This document shows positions 63,000 through 64,000 of a DNA stretch of 64,000 bases, piece by piece (position 1 is the stretch's first letter; each line of letters begins with the position of its first letter). Below the pieces are notes generated by a model. It was not told the DNA's origin, did no database searches, and was given only the letters and a program-made list of their open reading frames with translations. The translations under genes and the position numbers were made by a program. This stretch comes from Chrysomallon squamiferum (Eukaryota; Animalia; Mollusca), in NCBI GenBank assembly GCA_012295275.1, contig CM022667.1, positions 6,758,001 to 6,822,000 of the forward strand. Direction: 5' to 3'.

Positions 63000-63901
63000 T
63001 AATAATAATGATAACAACAAGAACAACAAGAATAAAAATAAAAGATAAATAAAAATTATTTGAAAAAGAATGAAATATACGAATACATTTTTTAAAGAAA
63101 TTAAAAATTAAAAAATAGTTCATAGAAATCTTTATACAACTTTCATCATTAATTAAATAAAAACATATAAAATAATAATAATAATAAGAAGAAGAAGAAG
63201 AAGAAGAAGAAGATGATGGAAGAAAAAAAAAAGAAAAATTGAAAAGAAAAATATATATATTTATATTTATAAACCTGAAAATTAATTTAAAAGTGCACCT
63301 GAGTGTATCTGTGTGGAATAAAAAAGAGGTGAAAGTTTAAAACGCAGTTGAAGCTGTTGTTAATCAAACATACAGGTGATGGGTGTTTAACACACAAACG
63401 AGACTGTTATTAATTACAGAGAAATCTATCAGCTCAGCCTGTGTCACAGTGTGTCGTCACACACACATGTGACAGGAGAGCGTGTCACTGTCGTTACGTG
63501 TCTGACTTGTGTCAAGTCAAACGTGCAGCTTCACTTGGCTGTCAGTCACCTGATGAATATTCATGAGGCAAAAACACACTGCAGTTCATCAAGTCTGCAT
63601 GGAACTCTTCTCTTACATACGTCTAGAATAATTAAATACATTTTTTGTTAATGTTTTCTTTCTTTCTTTCTTTCTTTTTTTGTGTCATTTTTTTTTTATC
63701 TTGGTTGTGTGTCAGAAATAATCAGTTTGCATAATGACGTTGTTAGTGTTGTTGCTGCTGTTGTTCTTGTTGTCACTGTTTTATTATTTCTTTCAGATTT
63801 TTTTTTAATTTCTATTAATTTTCAACTGTGTTCTGTTTGTCTGTTTATTTGTGTGTAAATGTTACTCTCTGTGCCTGTGTGTGTGTGTGTGTGTGTGTGT
63901 G

Positions 63902-64000
63902 ACAAAGTGCAGGTGATAATGTAGTTTTGTAATACTCAGATGTAACAAAGTGCAGGTGATAAAGTAGTTTTGTAATACTCAGATGTAACAAAGTGCAGGT
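63902..64000. repeat. ~44-bp tandem repeat running off the window end
   Basis: ACAAAGTGCAGGTGATAA(T/A)GTAGTTTTGTAATACTCAGATGTA, 2+ copies. Confidence 0.85.

Overview
AT-rich, intron-rich animal (metazoan) DNA; a lophotrochozoan/mollusc-like source is my inference only. I reconstructed the exon-intron structures by hand from GT-AG boundaries and reading phase. From left to right: (1) a minus-strand tandem cluster of secreted ML-domain (MD-2/NPC2-like lipid-recognition) genes, with two near-identical A copies (1293-4382, 8693-12781), one complete B paralog (14436-16890) and an orphan but intact B first exon (5956-6223) left by a duplication plus a ~2.3 kb deletion; (2) SPIDR (+, 20 coding exons, 17623-27788), head-to-head with ML-B; (3) a ZNF236 orthologue (+, ~25 exons, 29270-51014); (4) a teashirt/tiptop (TSHZ) gene (-, 58418-62599, first exon outside the window). 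The most unusual pattern is in ZNF236: nine exon boundaries have been tandemly duplicated or amplified into minisatellites that carry copies of the real splice donor or acceptor plus exon sequence, up to ~20-25 copies. Other leads are a possible chimeric B/A ML transcript, divergence concentrated in ML exons 2-4, and a probable exitron-like 148-nt intron in teashirt. Two ZNF236 exons look scrambled by assembly/consensus error within satellites. No prokaryotic elements, CRISPR arrays, tRNA/rRNA or recognisable transposon ORFs were seen.
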